64,000 nucleotides of DNA from a bacterium. GTDB lineage: Bacteria > Margulisbacteria > Marinamargulisbacteria > JABIPA01. The first letter of the stretch is position 1. Every line of letters begins with the position of its first letter. The notes below the pieces were generated by a model, which had not been told where the DNA came from, searched no databases, and saw nothing but the letters and a program-made list of their open reading frames with translations. Shown here piece after piece: positions 60,564-64,000 of the stretch. The translations under genes were made by a program, and so were the position numbers. The DNA lies in assembly GCA_018698675.1 (NCBI GenBank), contig JABIPA010000023.1, forward strand, positions 37,409 through 101,408, in the 5' to 3' direction.

Positions 60564-60904
60564 AGTGTAAGTGATTGAAAAAGTAGTCGTTATTAATATT
60601 GGTTTTAAATTGGTATAAAGCAATAAATTTAAATGATGTTAAAAGGAAGTAAATTAGGACCTATTGTCTCGATGGAGATATGTGAATATTTGGAAAGGAT
60701 GGCAGGGACTAGAAATTTAAAAACGAATTACTGATAGAGATACGAATAGTAACAATGGATTAAATGTGCCTATCAGAACAAAATATATCTTATTAAGAAA
60801 TACTATCAACTCTTAACGTTAAGATACTTATTCCTTTTATTGTGAATCAATTTGATGTCTTAATATTAGCTTTCTGTTAGCTAATTCAATTAGAAGACTC
60901 TACT

Positions 60905-61351
60905 TTAGTGAGAATGGGAAGAGTTATGATCGTGGTCATGATCACAACATTTTAGGAACTTATGATTAAGATAATAAGAACCCACAACAAAGAGAGCTCC
61001 TGCAATAACAAATAATGTGTCAGAACTATGAATATGAAGAAGATCTGAAAGAATGTGAATTAACCAAAAACTAACACCGGTAGCAAATAATATAACGGAA
61101 TGCTGCTTTTTGTGATGACAATATCCATTATAGATTATCCATATTCCAACTAAGATCGAAAATGCTAGTAATCCAATTTCTATAAAGTGATTATGAAAAA
61201 TATGTCCTAAAAAAGGTAGGAAAATAACAACTAAAGGTGTAGATAAACAATGAACAGCACATGCGAACGAAACAATGTACGCAAAACGAGATGGTTTTTT
61301 CTTTGGTTTAATGCTTGCACTCATAGACATAATAGTAAAAAATCTTATCAA
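60905..61351 (-). CDS. Small membrane protein with MerC/MerT-like metal-binding motifs and a His-rich C-terminus
   Basis: 148 aa with four predicted TM helices. TM1 carries a CxxxC motif (FACAVHCLSTP). The C-terminus is CCDHDHDHNSSHSH. Confidence 0.4.
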   Translation of the reverse strand: MIRFFTIMSMSASIKPKKKPSRFAYIVSFACAVHCLSTPLVVIFLPFLGHIFHNHFIEIGLLAFSILVGIWIIYNGYCHHKKQHSVILFATGVSFWLIHILSDLLHIHSSDTLFVIAGALFVVGSYYLNHKFLKCCDHDHDHNSSHSH

Positions 61352-61402
61352 TTAAGCTTTGGTAACGCAAGATAGTTTGAATTGTAATGACTCTATATGC
61401 AT

Positions 61403-62314
61403 TTAAATAAAAATCATGATCAAGCCAAGACTACTAAATGAAACAGCAATCCAAAGCAATCCTGAAAATAAAATCGGTTTGATTCCTATAGATTGTAGTT
61501 TATTCACTGACATGGACATTCCAATAAAAAATATTGCCATAAAAAGTAGTTTCTTAGAAATTCCAACAAAAACCGAAAAATCTATAGATGAAAATATATT
61601 AGAAATAATAATGGCAGCAATAAACCCAAGTAAAAAAATAGGGACTTTGAAAGTTCCTTTTTTTGACAGGGTAAAGAGTAATCCTAAAGAGACGGGAATT
61701 ATGGCAAGAGATCGAATAAGTTTGAGCATCAATCCAAGGTTCAACGATGAATCGCTAAAAGCTGATGTAGCTCCCAATACACTACTGGTATCATGTATAG
61801 CTATTGCAGCCCATACTCCGAATTGCTGATCTGTTAAATTGAAAAAATGAGCGAGTAAAGGAAATAAAACTAAGGCACTAGCATTCAAGAGATAGATAGG
61901 GCATAAGGCAGCAGCAACATGTTCTCCTTTGGCTTTAGTGACAGATGCTACGGTAGCGATTGCACTTCCACCACAAATTGCCGTTCCAACAGTTAGCAAT
62001 AAACCCAATTGTTTTTCCAAATTGAAAAATTTAAGAAGTATCCATCCAGAAATCAATGTAAAACATAAACCAAATAAAACAAAATAAAGGTGGGAAGATT
62101 GAACTTGGTGTAAATCTGTCCACGATAACTTTAAACCTAATCCTATAATGGCAATTTTTAGAGTAGAAGAGATGAATACCGGGAGCTTTCCTTTAATAGA
62201 GTTACTAATAAAGTAGGATGTCGCAAATCCCATAAGAAGATAGGCTATTGGACTAAAGTTTGAAAATGTTACAAAACAGCCACTAGATATCAGAAATAAA
62301 AAATATTTTTTCAT
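61403..62314 (-). CDS. YeiH/UPF0324-family membrane protein (putative sulfate exporter family)
   Basis: 303 aa, polytopic. Blocks match E. coli YeiH (GTAICGGSAIATVASVTKAKGEHVAAAL, AIAIHDTSSVLGAT). A LysR regulator is divergently transcribed, as in the E. coli yeiE-yeiH pair. Confidence 0.55.
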   Translation of the reverse strand: MKKYFLFLISSGCFVTFSNFSPIAYLLMGFATSYFISNSIKGKLPVFISSTLKIAIIGLGLKLSWTDLHQVQSSHLYFVLFGLCFTLISGWILLKFFNLEKQLGLLLTVGTAICGGSAIATVASVTKAKGEHVAAALCPIYLLNASALVLFPLLAHFFNLTDQQFGVWAAIAIHDTSSVLGATSAFSDSSLNLGLMLKLIRSLAIIPVSLGLLFTLSKKGTFKVPIFLLGFIAAIIISNIFSSIDFSVFVGISKKLLFMAIFFIGMSMSVNKLQSIGIKPILFSGLLWIAVSFSSLGLIMIFI

Positions 62315-62419
62315 GTAGTCACTATACCCATAATATTAGTTTAGTAAAACTAAATAAAATAGAATAAAATGTTTAATATAACTGAATAGTTGGAAGTGGA
62401 AAGGTAAGTAAAGATAAAT

Positions 62420-63328
62420 ATGGAAAATATAACAAAACGACAAATCGAAATATTTTTAGCGGTATGTGAATCAGAAAATATGAAAAAAGCGGCTAACAAA
62501 CTGTATTTAAGTCATTCGGCAGTAAGTACGGCCATTAACCAGTTTGAGACTCAATTGGGATGTTTTGTCTTTGATAGAGTAGGTCGGGAAGTAAAACTAA
62601 ATCAAAAAGGCGTCTATTTAAAAGATAAACTAGCACCCGTTTTAGAAGAGTTATCCTTTCATTTAAAAGCTGTTGGAAAAGATGCGTTTCAGGAAAAACT
62701 AATAATAGGAGCGTCAACTACTATTGGTAATTATTTATTACCTCAACTTATGTCTTCGTTTATGGAAAAAGAAAAAGTAAGTCCAGACTTCGAATTGATA
62801 ATAGAAAATACAGAGCAAATTTCAAAACGAGTGTCTGAAAATAAAATTGACTTGGGTTTAGTTGAAGGGCCTGTATTTAAAACGAATGTAACGACTGAAT
62901 TTTGGATGGATGATGAACTAATTGTGGTTCAGTCTTATGATAATAATAGGAGCATCGATGAACCAATTAGCATTCATAAACTAAAAAATGAGTGTTGGAT
63001 AATGAGGGAACCAGGCTCAGGGACTCAATCGACAATTGATGCGAAATTAATGGAGTTTGGGCTGTCTTTATCTAATATAAAAGTTATTTCCCAAACGGAA
63101 GCCATTAAACAGGCCGTCGCATCAGAGCTTGGAATAGCGTGTGTATCTAGAGTTTGTGTGGCAAAAGAATTAGATTTCAAATCCTTGTCTGAGATTGCAT
63201 TAAAAGAGTCAATTGTAAGACCCTTTTCTTTTGTTCTTCCAATTAATAGGAAATCCTCAAAAGGGATATCTCGATTTATTGAGTTTTGCAAAGAGACGGT
63301 CTGCGTGTATCCAGACTTTAGGATATAG
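62420..63328 (+). CDS. LysR-family transcriptional regulator
   Basis: 302 aa with an N-terminal HTH (RQIEIFLAVCESENMKKAANKLYLSHSAVSTAI) and a LysR substrate-binding domain. Confidence 0.85.
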   Translation: MENITKRQIEIFLAVCESENMKKAANKLYLSHSAVSTAINQFETQLGCFVFDRVGREVKLNQKGVYLKDKLAPVLEELSFHLKAVGKDAFQEKLIIGASTTIGNYLLPQLMSSFMEKEKVSPDFELIIENTEQISKRVSENKIDLGLVEGPVFKTNVTTEFWMDDELIVVQSYDNNRSIDEPISIHKLKNECWIMREPGSGTQSTIDAKLMEFGLSLSNIKVISQTEAIKQAVASELGIACVSRVCVAKELDFKSLSEIALKESIVRPFSFVLPINRKSSKGISRFIEFCKETVCVYPDFRI

Positions 63329-63354
63329 AAAGAATTAGGTCAGGTGTTTGGACT

Positions 63355-63606
63355 TTATTTAAATCGAACAAATAATCGTCCAAAGTTTTTACTGTCTTTG
63401 TCGATACGGTGGTAAAGTTTTTTGATTTCAGGTGTATTTAAAAAACGAATAACCTTTTTCTTAAGTTGCCCCGTTCCTTTTCCTGGAATGATTTCGACAA
63501 GTTTAATTTTTTTATCAACAGCTTGTTTGATGATGTCGTTTAAGGCATCTTCGATTTTTTTACCTTTATTAAAAATGTCATGTAGATCGAGTTTTAATTT
63601 TGCCAT
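63355..63606 (-). CDS. Smr-domain protein
   Basis: 83 aa with Smr motifs LDLHD...IIPGKGTGQLKKKV. Confidence 0.65.
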   Translation of the reverse strand: MAKLKLDLHDIFNKGKKIEDALNDIIKQAVDKKIKLVEIIPGKGTGQLKKKVIRFLNTPEIKKLYHRIDKDSKNFGRLFVRFK

Positions 63607-63644
63607 TTATTTAGTCCAATTTATTTCAAATAGAATGTGAGACA

Positions 63645-63956
63645 CTACGCGTTCTTTTTTTTGAGTTTTTTAACTTTTAGTTTCTTTGGGGGAAGAGATT
63701 TAACATATTCAAATGATTTTTGTAGCCATTTATGAACATCAGCGTCTTCATCCATATCGGCAGATGATAAATAGAGAAAGCCTTTCATTGGACGCCCAGT
63801 AAAATCCATCGGAGAAGCATAATCGTATGTTTCGAGTGCTGTTTCCTGTTGGTCTGGGTGAAGACGAACAACAAATTGATCGCCTATCACCCCGAACGCC
63901 ATTTTTCCTTCATAAAGGAAAGCCATACCTCCGAACATTTTTTTTTCTTCAAACAT
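63645..63956 (-). CDS. TfoX N-terminal domain protein
   Basis: 103 aa. MFGGMAFLYEGKMAFGVIGDQFVVRL matches the TfoX_N pattern. The ORF remains open upstream to the window edge, so the true start is uncertain. Confidence 0.55.
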   Translation of the reverse strand: MFEEKKMFGGMAFLYEGKMAFGVIGDQFVVRLHPDQQETALETYDYASPMDFTGRPMKGFLYLSSADMDEDADVHKWLQKSFEYVKSLPPKKLKVKKLKKKNA

Positions 63957-64000
63957 GATGTCAAAGTTAAAAAGTTCGTCTCGAATTCGTTGAACAGTTC

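Noticed and set aside
1-64000. CRISPR arrays, insertion sequences, integrases, prophage genes, rRNA
   Set aside because: No regularly spaced direct repeats, no transposase, integrase or recombinase-like ORFs, and no rRNA-like conserved stretches were seen anywhere in the window.

Overview
This is an AT-rich (roughly 35% GC) chromosomal window from a Gram-negative bacterium, densely packed with about 45 protein genes and one tRNA. I found no rRNA, no CRISPR array and no transposase or integrase. TGA is a genuine stop codon here (the subtilase gene ends in TGA). The lineage is unresolved. A type-IX-secretion (T9SS)-style C-terminal sorting domain on a subtilase hints at the FCB group, but that is not decisive.

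Housekeeping genes: pheS-pheT-mutS, then a tightly packed rfbC-like gene, a hydrolase and aspS. On the minus strand there is an apparent carA-purF-ornithine cyclodeaminase operon. Also present are hflX, a GltP-family symporter, htpG, a solo trpD, typA, an RluA-type pseudouridine synthase, and a LysR/YeiH divergent pair.

Accessory or interesting content:
1. An OmpA-unrelated beta-barrel outer-membrane protein followed by an S8 subtilase carrying a T9SS-type C-terminal sorting domain.
2. A 997-aa fusion of a class I/II aminotransferase and a ketopantoate-reductase-like domain.
3. Two tandem paralogous lipoproteins, the second interrupted by an in-frame TGA and absent from the supplied ORF track.
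4. An O-antigen-ligase-like polytopic membrane protein.
5. An 830-aa protein with an OTU-like Cys-box and His-box signature.
6. A complete NHLM-type bacteriocin export triad (HlyD, C39-peptidase ABC, cNMP-domain ABC) with no precursor peptide nearby.
7. Two full-length paralogous proteins of unknown function (755 and 797 aa) bracketing a membrane histidine kinase.
8. An SOS mutagenesis cassette lexA-imuA-imuB-dnaE2 with a perfect GTACATATGTAC palindrome in the lexA promoter and an unusual 465-bp hairpin-rich gap between imuB and dnaE2.

All functional calls rest on motif recognition in the translated ORFs and on gene context. No database search was possible.
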